A model generated the notes under the pieces. That model was not told the DNA's origin and searched no databases. It worked only from the letters and a program-made list of their open reading frames with translations. The translations under genes were made by a program, and so were the position numbers. This document shows, one piece after another, positions 24,257 through 32,410 of a stretch of 64,000 bases of DNA. Origin of the DNA: Candidatus Eiseniibacteriota bacterium (GTDB taxonomy: Bacteria; Eisenbacteria; RBG-16-71-46; CAVPCR01). The stretch spans positions 640,001-704,000 of the forward strand of contig CAWGMA010000004.1 of the NCBI GenBank assembly GCA_963823555.1, read 5' to 3'. The number at the start of each line of letters is the position of its first letter. Position 1 is the stretch's first letter.

Positions 24257-25357
24257 ATGAAGAAAGTGTTCTCGCTACTCCTGATCGTCTTTCTGCTCGC
24301 GCTGTTCGGCGGCACGGTCTACTTCCTGTGGGCCAAGTCCCACCGGCCGGATGTCGTCTACCAGACCGAGTCGCCGCGGATCGCGACCATCATCAAGAAG
24401 GCGGTGGCCACTGGATCGGTCGTGCCGCGGCAGGAGGTGGAGATCAAGCCGCGGGTGTCCGGCATCGTCGAGCAGATCGCCGTCGAGGAGGGACAGATCG
24501 TCAAGACGGGGGATCTCATCGCCAGGATCCGGCTGGTGCCCGACATGGTGAGCCTCAACAATGCGCGCAACCGGCTGGCCCGCGCCGAGATCACGATGGA
24601 GAGCGCGCGCAAGGACTACGAGCGCAACCAGGCGCTTCAAGCCGGGGAACTCCTCTCGCAGGCGTCCTTCCAGCAGTTCGAGCTGGCCTACGAGAGCGCG
24701 CAGGCCGAGCTCGATGCGGCCCGTGACAACCTCGACCTCATCGAGAAGGGCGTGTCGCGCGGCGGCGGCAGCACATCCAACACGCTCGTGCGCTCGACGA
24801 TCCCCGGCATGGTGCTCGAGGTGCCGGTCGAGGTCGGGCATTCGGTGATCGAGACCAACACCTTCAATGCCGGTACGACCATCGCCACGGTCGCTGACAT
24901 GGACGACATGATCTTCGAAGGGCGGGTCGATGAGTCCGAGGTCGGCAAGCTCGAGCCGGGGATGACCTTGCTCCTCACGATCGGTGCCATCGAGGATCGC
25001 CGGCTCGAGGCCACACTCGAGCACATCGCGCCCAAGGGCGTCGAGGAAGAGGGCGCCATCCAGTTCCAGATCCGCGCTGCGCTCAGGCAACAGTCGGGCG
25101 TCTTCGTGCGGGCCAATTACAGCGCCAACGCCGACATCGTGCTCGATCGCCGCGATGATGTGCTGGCGATCAACGAGAGCCTGCTCCAGTTCGAGGGAGA
25201 CAAGCCCTTCGTGGAGGTCGAGGTCGCGCCGCAGCAGTTCGAGCGCCGCGATGTCGAGGTCGGGCTTTCCGACGGCATCCAGATCGAGGTGGTCTCCGGG
25301 CTCGGGGAGAGCGACAAGATCAAGGGCCCGCCGGTGATGGCGGGTGGCGAGGGGTAA
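24257..25357 (+). CDS. Periplasmic adaptor / membrane fusion protein (MacA-like)
   Basis: ATG at 24257 (MKKVFSLLLIVF, a TM anchor). EVEIKPRVSGIVEQIAVEEGQIVKTGD is a lipoyl-like motif, followed by a coiled coil, VDESEVGKL and VEVGLSDG. Confidence 0.9.
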   Translation: MKKVFSLLLIVFLLALFGGTVYFLWAKSHRPDVVYQTESPRIATIIKKAVATGSVVPRQEVEIKPRVSGIVEQIAVEEGQIVKTGDLIARIRLVPDMVSLNNARNRLARAEITMESARKDYERNQALQAGELLSQASFQQFELAYESAQAELDAARDNLDLIEKGVSRGGGSTSNTLVRSTIPGMVLEVPVEVGHSVIETNTFNAGTTIATVADMDDMIFEGRVDESEVGKLEPGMTLLLTIGAIEDRRLEATLEHIAPKGVEEEGAIQFQIRAALRQQSGVFVRANYSANADIVLDRRDDVLAINESLLQFEGDKPFVEVEVAPQQFERRDVEVGLSDGIQIEVVSGLGESDKIKGPPVMAGGEG

Positions 25358-25368
25358 GATAGAACTCG

Positions 25369-26568
25369 ATGAAGCCGCCGGCGATCCTCATGGGCCTCGT
25401 GATCGGGGCTGCCGTCGTCTGCTCGCATGCGGGGGGCGCCGATCCAGTCGTGCCCGGGTTCTCGGTCGAGCCCTATGCCGCGGCGGCGTGGCCCGCCTGG
25501 ATGTCCTTCGACCGGCAAGCCGGCGTGCTCTATACGGGCGTCGAGGCCGGCTCGCCGGTCAGGATCTGGCGCATCGCGGCGGGCGGCGCTCCGGTGGAGG
25601 AGTATGGCGCCGATCCCATCCTCGATCCGGACGCCGTGCTCCATGACGCCGCGGGATTCGTCGCCGATCCAGGGGCGGTCCTCGTTGGCGGGCGGAGCGG
25701 CGGGCTGCCGGAGATCTGGGCCATCCTTCCGGATCCGGCCCAGACGGTGGTGGGCGTGTTCGGACCATCGAACGAGTGGACCAACATCTCCGACATGGAG
25801 TTCGACAGCTCGGGCCGTCTCCTGTTCGGCGATGAGAACGGTACGACCGGGCGTGTGCTGGCGGCGGAGCCTGGACAGGCTCCAGCGGAGCTGTTTCCCG
25901 TCAACGGCAGGGTGGCGGCGCTCGAGGTGGATGCCGCGGACCGCATCTACACGAGCACCTTCGATGGCCGCGTGATGATCCATGCTGCTGACGGCAGCGT
26001 GGTCGCCGACCCGTTCCTCGAGGGCCTCGGTGATCGCATCCTGCCGATCGCGATCGGCAAGGGTGGCCCCTGGGGCACCGATCTCTACACCGTGAACCAG
26101 CACAGCGGGGAACTGATCCGGGCCGACATGACAGCCGACACGACGGTGGTCGGCGTCGGGTTCGACGGCTTCCTGGCCGATTTCGAGTTCGGTCCTGACG
26201 GCGCGCTCTATGTCTCGGATCTGCTCGGCACGATCTGGCGCATCGCCCCCGAGGCTTCAACCGCGATCGGGGGGCCGGATGGCGGCAGAGCCCAGCCCCG
26301 GCTCGTCATCTCGCATGCAAGCCCCGTGAGGCCGCCCACGGCCGTCACGTTCGGGCTGCCGAGAGCCGGGCGAGCGCTGCTCCGGGTCTATGACGTTCGC
26401 GGCAGGGCCGTGCGCACCCTGATCGATGGCGTGATCGGCGCCGGGGATCATGCTGCGCGCTGGGACGGGCGCGACAGCGCGGGGCATCCCGTTCCCGCCG
26501 GGATCTACTTCTATCGGCTCGAGGCCGGCTCGGAGATGCGTGCGAGTCGAGTCCTCTTGCTTCACTAG
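25369..26568 (+). CDS. Secreted beta-propeller-like protein with FlgD-Ig tail
   Basis: Signal peptide; repeated DMEFDSSGRLL / LEVDAADRIY / DFEFGPDGALYVSD blades; tail VYDVRGRAVRTL...WDGRDSAG...GIYFYRL. Confidence 0.75.
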   Translation: MKPPAILMGLVIGAAVVCSHAGGADPVVPGFSVEPYAAAAWPAWMSFDRQAGVLYTGVEAGSPVRIWRIAAGGAPVEEYGADPILDPDAVLHDAAGFVADPGAVLVGGRSGGLPEIWAILPDPAQTVVGVFGPSNEWTNISDMEFDSSGRLLFGDENGTTGRVLAAEPGQAPAELFPVNGRVAALEVDAADRIYTSTFDGRVMIHAADGSVVADPFLEGLGDRILPIAIGKGGPWGTDLYTVNQHSGELIRADMTADTTVVGVGFDGFLADFEFGPDGALYVSDLLGTIWRIAPEASTAIGGPDGGRAQPRLVISHASPVRPPTAVTFGLPRAGRALLRVYDVRGRAVRTLIDGVIGAGDHAARWDGRDSAGHPVPAGIYFYRLEAGSEMRASRVLLLH

Positions 26569-26598
26569 AAGCCGGTCCGCCCAGTGTGCGTGTGATGA

Positions 26599-27564
26599 TC
26601 ACCTGACCACGGGCGTGAGTCCCAGTTCCTCGAGGTACTTCTCGTCTCCAGGCTGGTTGAGTTTCCAGTACTCGAGCCGGGCTGAGCCGGTGAGCTCGCC
26701 CGTGTCCGCTCCCTCGAGCCCCGAGCGCGAGCTGCTCGGGCGGGCGGGTTGCCATGACCAGCGGATCACGCGGTGGGGATAGGCCTGCTCGATGTGGAAG
26801 CGTCCCTCGCGACCGTCGGCGGGACGGACCACATAGACATCGGTCTGGAACTCGCCCGCGGGCACGCGGACTTGTTCCGGTCGCTTGAGCCGCTCGATGG
26901 TGGCGGAGCTCCAGGCGATCTTCTGATGCGTCAGGCGGCGGTGGAAGGAACTCGCCAGGAAGGGGAACGAGCGTTTCTCACCGGCCTTCATGAAGGGGCC
27001 GCGCAGCCCGCGGAGGATGATGAAGAGATTGTCCTCGGTGACGCCGTCCCGGGGGATTTCGAGGGAAAGGGCCGAGGACTCATCCTCGAAGTAGCTGAAG
27101 AACTGCTCCGAGAGGCCCGAGTCGCGGAAGTGGAGCTCCTCGTACACCTGGCCGCACCATTCGGAGCTACTGAAGGCGATCTTGACCGGTCGAAAGTCCT
27201 GGCTCCGGGTGAAGAGAGAGATGATCGTGCGGTAGTCGTAGATTCCGGTCTGGAAGTCGCGGGCCAGGTTGAGCTTCATTGCTTCGAAGGTATCGGCGGG
27301 GTCCCTGGATGGATCATCCACCTTGACATGCTTGGCGGAGCTGAATGGTTCCGTGACGTAGATCAGCACGGCACGGCCGGGGCGGGTCTCTCCATATCGC
27401 TCGACCACCAGGCGGTAGCCGTCGAGCTCGGCCTTCCCGTCGTGCCAGTGGGCGCCAAAGTCCGGGTCGTTGTTGCCGGCCTTCGCCGCTGGCGCCATGG
27501 TCGCCGCGAGTGCGCAGGCGAGAAAGCCCCAGATCCAGCTCCGAATGATGGCCGATTCGCTCAT
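26599..27564 (-). CDS. Conserved secreted hypothetical protein
   Basis: Signal peptide ending APAAKA. WHDGKAELDGY...RYGE...LIYVTEPF, KLN...FQTGIY, EWCGQ and RLEYWKLN resemble a conserved uncharacterised family recalled from Bacteroidota (from memory, not searched). Confidence 0.65.
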   Translation of the reverse strand: MSESAIIRSWIWGFLACALAATMAPAAKAGNNDPDFGAHWHDGKAELDGYRLVVERYGETRPGRAVLIYVTEPFSSAKHVKVDDPSRDPADTFEAMKLNLARDFQTGIYDYRTIISLFTRSQDFRPVKIAFSSSEWCGQVYEELHFRDSGLSEQFFSYFEDESSALSLEIPRDGVTEDNLFIILRGLRGPFMKAGEKRSFPFLASSFHRRLTHQKIAWSSATIERLKRPEQVRVPAGEFQTDVYVVRPADGREGRFHIEQAYPHRVIRWSWQPARPSSSRSGLEGADTGELTGSARLEYWKLNQPGDEKYLEELGLTPVVR

Positions 27565-27799
27565 ACTGGCTGATCCTCCCTGCCGTGGCCTTACGGCGTG
27601 CATTCATCGGTGCAAGGTAATGTAGCAAATGGCTAGAGGCGACGCGAACTTCACGGTCTCCGGTGAGCGCCGCGACCCCGCGCTCGTGCGCCGCGCTGTT
27701 GCCCGCGCTTTCGCCGGCGACGAGGGAGCAGTGAGAGCGTTCGTCTCCGGTTCGTCTCCGGGCGCTCGCCGATCGTGTGACCCTTGTTCTTCCCTCCCT

Positions 27800-30154
27800 T
27801 CATGCCGCCAACTGCTTGGTAGCGAGGTGTCGGTGGGTACGACACCAGGTGTGCCAGCGGTCGATAGCGGCGCGGACTTGATGCTCCGAGGCGCGGCGGC
27901 CGTTGGTGTAGGAGACGAGGGCGTGGCCGGTGAGGGGGTGGATGCCGAGGCGGAAGGAGAGGGCCCAGGGGGCCCAGCCGCCGATCTCGATGGTGCCCTG
28001 GTGGAGGAGGGCGTGGTGGGCGCGGCAGAGGGTGACGAGGTTCCACCGGGCGTGAGGGCCGCCGCGGGAGCGGAACCAGAGGTGGTGGACCTCGAGGTGT
28101 TGCCGGGAGGTGCAGCCGGGCACGGCGCAGCGGTGGCGGTCGCGGCGGACGATGGGGTGGAGCCGGTGGTGTCGGCGCGCGGCGGGGGAGTCGTGCTCGA
28201 GGATGAAGTGGACGAGGAGGACCTCGAGGAAGGCCGAGTCGGGTGGGGAATCGGTGTGAGCGTGGGGCGCGAGGATCTGTCGGCAGCGGCGGAGGGCGCG
28301 GCGGAGGAGGGAGAGGACGTCGTGGGGAGCCCAGAAGCGGATGCGGGCGACGGGGCGGTCTGGGAGGAGGGGGAGAGCGTAGTCGAGGCCGCGGATGCGA
28401 GGCGGCTGGCGGCGGGAGAGGGGTGGCAGGGGCCAGCCGAGGGGCGGCGCGGCGGCGGTGAGCATGTCCGCCGCTGCCAACGCGTTCGTGATGGCAGGAG
28501 CGCGAGCGCGGCTGCGGCGATCTCGCGGCTCCGCTGCAAACGCGTTCGCGGCGGAGGTGTCGGCGACGCACTGGGCGTAGGTGCGCAAGATCGCGGGGTC
28601 GGCGCCGGGGAGCATGTAGAGGGCGGCGTGCTCGACGGTGCGCTCGATGTCGCGGGCGGAGAGCGCGCGGGCCCAGGCGACCCAGAGCGGCTCGGTGGAG
28701 GGGTGGACGACGCGGAGGAGGGAGCGGGTGGCGGTGTAGCCGAGGGAGCCGTCGAGATAGGCGCGGCGCAGCAGTCGGAAGCGGCGCAGGGCCCGAGAGA
28801 AGGCACTCAGGCTCTCGGCGTGGCGGCGGGTGAAGCCGAGGCGGTCCGCGCAGTACTGGTCGTAGGAGCGGGCGCCGAGGTGTTCCCAGGCGCGGGTGTG
28901 CTCGAGGCGGTCGAGGTGGCGGCCGAGCTCGAGGCGGAGCCGGCGCTTGCGGGTGATGAGCCGGGCGAGAACGGCGGCGAGCTCGAAGGGGTCGCCGGTG
29001 CTGCCGACTCGCTCCTCGGGGCCGAGAACCGGTGCGGGGGGCGCATGGGCTCCCGCGGCGGCGCGGGTGTCGGTCTCCGTGCTCTCTGACGGTGGGGACG
29101 CGCACGGCTGCGGCGCCCCGTCCCCCGGCGCGGGGAGGAAGGAGTAATCGAGACCGCTGGCGACGATGATGTCGAGGAGGCTCTGGCGGCGGGGCTTCTG
29201 GTTCATGAGCCGGCTGAGCGCAGCGACGCCCCGCTGGCGGCGGAACTCCGCTTCATGGCGCTGGGTGTCGGCGGGGTCCTCGTCGCCGACGCGGGCGAGG
29301 TAGTCGGCGGCGATCCACTCGGCGCACTGGTGGAGGGGAGCCTCGCGGCCGGCGGCCCTGCGCGCGGACTCGACGGCGACGGCCCACAGCTCGCTCGTGC
29401 GCGCGGGGACGGGCACCGACATCCAGTCGCCCTCCGCGGGAGCATCGGGGTCGAGGAGATTCAAGCCCGGGCGGAGCTGGGCCTCGAGGCTCGACGACGC
29501 CGCGACGACATGTGGCGCCGCGTCGCTCGGTGCGGTAACGGTGTTGTCGGCGGTTGCGCCGGCAGGGGCAGGGGTCGTGACCTGCGGGGCCTCCACCCGC
29601 CGCCGCTCGAGCTCGGCCCGCACCGCGGCCCCGAGCTCGGTGACCGAGCACCCGGCAGCCCGCTCGATCCACACCCGGCGCTCGGCGGGCGCGGACTCCG
29701 CACCGAGGACCCGCATGAGAGGCCCGACCTTGGAGGCGTGGAGGTGGCCCTGGGCCCATGCGCGCTCGAGCTCGGGCACCGCACCCAGGGCGCGCCCGAG
29801 CTTCAACAGCTGCCGTGCCTTGCCCTCCTTGAGACCGAGCTGATCGTAGGCGTAGTCGATGGCGCGCGCGTAGCCGAGAGGTCGAAACAGCTCCTGGTCC
29901 CAGACCCGGACCAGGCCGCGGGCGAGCTCGCGATCGAGAGCGAGGTGTGCCCCGGCGAGCGCGCGGGTGTCGCGATCGAGCTCGAAGGCGGCGCGGGTGA
30001 CGGCGGCGAGCGCGGCGGCGGTGACCGGCTGGCCGCGGGTCGTGGTGACCGGCCGGCCGCGGGCGCCGATTGACGCGCCATCGGGCGGGCGATCGAGTGC
30101 GCATGTCGCATTGCCTATCGGAGCGGTCATTGGGATCTCTCCGGCGAGTGCCAT
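27800..30154 (-). CDS. HNH endonuclease with long DUF222-like N-terminal region (possible selfish element)
   Basis: ATG at 30154 with AGGAG RBS. The C-terminus RRDRHRCAVPGC...LEVHHLWFRSRGG...NLVTLCRAHHALLH is a Zn-HNH signature. Two related helical modules precede it. Confidence 0.8.
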   Translation of the reverse strand: MALAGEIPMTAPIGNATCALDRPPDGASIGARGRPVTTTRGQPVTAAALAAVTRAAFELDRDTRALAGAHLALDRELARGLVRVWDQELFRPLGYARAIDYAYDQLGLKEGKARQLLKLGRALGAVPELERAWAQGHLHASKVGPLMRVLGAESAPAERRVWIERAAGCSVTELGAAVRAELERRRVEAPQVTTPAPAGATADNTVTAPSDAAPHVVAASSSLEAQLRPGLNLLDPDAPAEGDWMSVPVPARTSELWAVAVESARRAAGREAPLHQCAEWIAADYLARVGDEDPADTQRHEAEFRRQRGVAALSRLMNQKPRRQSLLDIIVASGLDYSFLPAPGDGAPQPCASPPSESTETDTRAAAGAHAPPAPVLGPEERVGSTGDPFELAAVLARLITRKRRLRLELGRHLDRLEHTRAWEHLGARSYDQYCADRLGFTRRHAESLSAFSRALRRFRLLRRAYLDGSLGYTATRSLLRVVHPSTEPLWVAWARALSARDIERTVEHAALYMLPGADPAILRTYAQCVADTSAANAFAAEPRDRRSRARAPAITNALAAADMLTAAAPPLGWPLPPLSRRQPPRIRGLDYALPLLPDRPVARIRFWAPHDVLSLLRRALRRCRQILAPHAHTDSPPDSAFLEVLLVHFILEHDSPAARRHHRLHPIVRRDRHRCAVPGCTSRQHLEVHHLWFRSRGGPHARWNLVTLCRAHHALLHQGTIEIGGWAPWALSFRLGIHPLTGHALVSYTNGRRASEHQVRAAIDRWHTWCRTHRHLATKQLAA

Positions 30155-30322
30155 GTCCACCGCTCCTGAGATCACGATGCGTGCCAGTCGCAGCGCTCCC
30201 CTAACTGATGATCACTGCGTTCATCCCCCTCCTACCACCCGCCACACACCGACAACGCCGTTCACACAACCGGCAACCGCGTTGACGGTGGGTGCGATTG
30301 CGCGCTTCCCCCAGGAGCGGAC

Positions 30323-30458
30323 GGCGCATTGAGAGAGCCGCATTGAGAAAGCCGCACTGAGAGAGCCGCATTGAGAAAGCCGCACTGAGAGAGCCGCATT
30401 GAGAGAGCCGCACTGAGAGAGCCGCAGCGAGAGAGCCGCAGAAAAGAAAGCCGCAGAG
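30323..30458. repeat. Tandem array of about 9 x 14-bp units, consensus GCCGCA(T/C)TGAGA(G/A)A
   Basis: Units start at 30323, 30337, 30351, 30365, 30379, 30393, 30407, 30421 and 30435, degenerating towards the right. There are no spacers. Confidence 0.95.
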
Positions 30459-30535
30459 GCCGCGAAGGTGAATGCCGAAGACGGCCAGGTGGCGTTCGCA
30501 GCAGGCTGTCGAAAAGGCAAACGACCCGCAGGCAG

Positions 30536-31264
30536 TCAGCTCTTGTTCCGAACGGTCGAGCGGCCGCCATCAACGCTCATGATCTGACCCGTGATCCAGT
30601 CGGCCTCCGGGGAGATCAGGAAGGCCGCCAACGCGGCGATATCCTGCGGCGCGCCGAGCCGCGGCAACGCGTGCAGCCCCGCGATGGCGGTGGCGATCTG
30701 CTCACTGGAGAGGATGCCCGCAGCGAGCGGAGTGCGGGTGAGGGAAGGGGCGATGGCGTTGACGCGCACCTTGGGAGCAAGCTCCGCGGCGAGTGACAGA
30801 GTCAGGCCGTTCACAGCGCCCTTTGCCATGCCCATGGTGGCGTGCATCGTGAAGCCCTGGAGTGCCGCAACGCTGGAGAGGAGCACGACGGAGGCAGTAC
30901 CATTGCAGGCCTTGAGAGCTGGCAGAGCCGCCTGGGTCGCCAGAGCTGCTCCGACCGCATTGACACGGAAGTCGTGGATGAAATCGGCTTCGGTAAGCCG
31001 CTGGAAGCTCCGCAGCGTGATCGTGCCCACGGCATACACGAGACCATGCAGCGGTCGCCCCACCTCCTCCGCCACCCGCGGGAAGAGAGCGGTATCGCAG
31101 ACATCGCCACCGGTGTACGTGGCGCCGAACTCGTCCGCAACCGCTGCCAGCTTGTCGGTGCTCCGCCCGACGAGATGGAGATCATAGCCGCGCCCGTGGA
31201 GTGCCCGTGCCGTGGCCGCCCCGATCCCGCCCGAACCGCCGTAGATGAGAACCTTGTCACCCAT
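30536..31264 (-). CDS. Short-chain dehydrogenase/reductase (SDR)
   Basis: GGSGGIG Rossmann motif, LSSVAA, AKGAVNGLTLSLAAELAP, VRVNAIAP, WITGQIMSVDGG. Confidence 0.9.
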   Translation of the reverse strand: MGDKVLIYGGSGGIGAATARALHGRGYDLHLVGRSTDKLAAVADEFGATYTGGDVCDTALFPRVAEEVGRPLHGLVYAVGTITLRSFQRLTEADFIHDFRVNAVGAALATQAALPALKACNGTASVVLLSSVAALQGFTMHATMGMAKGAVNGLTLSLAAELAPKVRVNAIAPSLTRTPLAAGILSSEQIATAIAGLHALPRLGAPQDIAALAAFLISPEADWITGQIMSVDGGRSTVRNKS

Positions 31265-31297
31265 TTCTGCTCCTCCATATCGAGCCAGTCGATTTCG

Positions 31298-32170
31298 TCA
31301 GTGAACAACCCGCACCGCCACCACCACGCCCTCCCGCGCCGGTTGCAGGCGGACCACGACGTTCTGTGGTTCGTCGAGGCCCAGGAAGGCATCGGTGAAG
31401 AAGACGCCGAAGAAGTGGCCGATGGCCATGCCGGCGAGGACATCGGAGGGATAGTGCTGGTTGGCCTCGACGCGCGCCCAGGCGGTGGCGACCGAGAGCG
31501 TACCGAGCCCGATTCGCGTCGCTGCCGAGGCTGGCGCCGGCCACGCCAAGGCCTCGATGTTCTTCCTGGTCAGCGCATTGTAGTGCGTGGTCGACGCAGC
31601 ATGCGCGGAGGGAAAGCTCTCTCCGCCGCCGTTCGGGCGCGTGCGGTTGGTAGCGCGCTTGAGGCCGGCCACCGCCTCCCGTTGCAGGAAGCCGGAGGCT
31701 ATCTGGACACCGAAGCCGCGCGCCTTGTTCAGCACCCACTCGCCGGGTTCATCTCCGCTCGGGGTCGCCACGGCGGAGGCGATCCAGAGCGCCGCCGCGG
31801 CGCTCTTCAGGTGGTCGCTCATGCGGTCGGCGTTCCTCTGGGAGCCGAAGATCGGCGTGTTCTCCGCTGCCCACTCGACGACCTCCTGGTCCGCATCACC
31901 GATCTGGAAGGCGAGTGCCCCAGCGGCAGGGATCCAGGTCTCCGGCGCCAGGGCGGCGTTCTGCGCCGCGCGGCCTACGCACGCCCATCCTGGCGTCAGG
32001 GTAGCATCCTCGCCCCAGTGCCTGATACCGGGCAGGGTCTCGCATCCGGAGAGTCCAAGAACCTCCGGGAGACCAAGCACGACCAGGCGCCGGCAGGACA
32101 TCATCCGGCTGGGAGCTGCTGTGCCGCCCTCAGGAGTCGGCATGCCGGTTCGTGTCGCTGCGTGGCGCAT
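31298..32170 (-). CDS. PAP2-family phosphatase, probable lipoprotein (start uncertain)
   Basis: KRATNRTRP, SFPSAH and ARVEANQHYPSD are the three PAP2 motifs. LGLSGC is lipobox-like. Confidence 0.8.
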   Translation of the reverse strand: MRHAATRTGMPTPEGGTAAPSRMMSCRRLVVLGLPEVLGLSGCETLPGIRHWGEDATLTPGWACVGRAAQNAALAPETWIPAAGALAFQIGDADQEVVEWAAENTPIFGSQRNADRMSDHLKSAAAALWIASAVATPSGDEPGEWVLNKARGFGVQIASGFLQREAVAGLKRATNRTRPNGGGESFPSAHAASTTHYNALTRKNIEALAWPAPASAATRIGLGTLSVATAWARVEANQHYPSDVLAGMAIGHFFGVFFTDAFLGLDEPQNVVVRLQPAREGVVVAVRVVH

Positions 32171-32410
32171 GGCATCGCCCTGGACTCGCTCCTGCGACCG
32201 TGTCACCTCGAGACCGCACTGGCTCATCACATGACGGTGATGAATGCACCACAAGATAACCACAACGGCAATCGAATTGGGTTGAACGGTTGCGCTATGA
32301 TCACCGCGGCACCGGTGATCATTCCCGGTGCTCGGAAGGCGGTCCGAAATCCCGCGGGCCCCGCCTCGTCCCCGCGAGCTACACCCACTCATTCAAGTCC
32401 CGGGGGTGTC

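Noticed and set aside
27800..30154. IscB/Cas9-like RNA-guided nuclease
   Set aside because: No PLMP or split RuvC motifs seen. The HNH is C-terminal, as in DUF222-like proteins.
30323..30458. CRISPR or guide-RNA array next to an HNH nuclease
   Set aside because: Units are 14 bp, directly abutting, with no unique spacers; no cas genes in the window.
30501..30517. IS/MITE terminal repeat (GCAGGCTGTCGAAAAGG)
   Set aside because: No matching inverted copy or transposase was found in the window.
30842..32410. N-terminal 520 aa of the 1106-aa ORF 30842..34162
   Set aside because: It is the antisense shadow of the SDR and PAP2 genes. The real protein starts at 32411 with a signal peptide.
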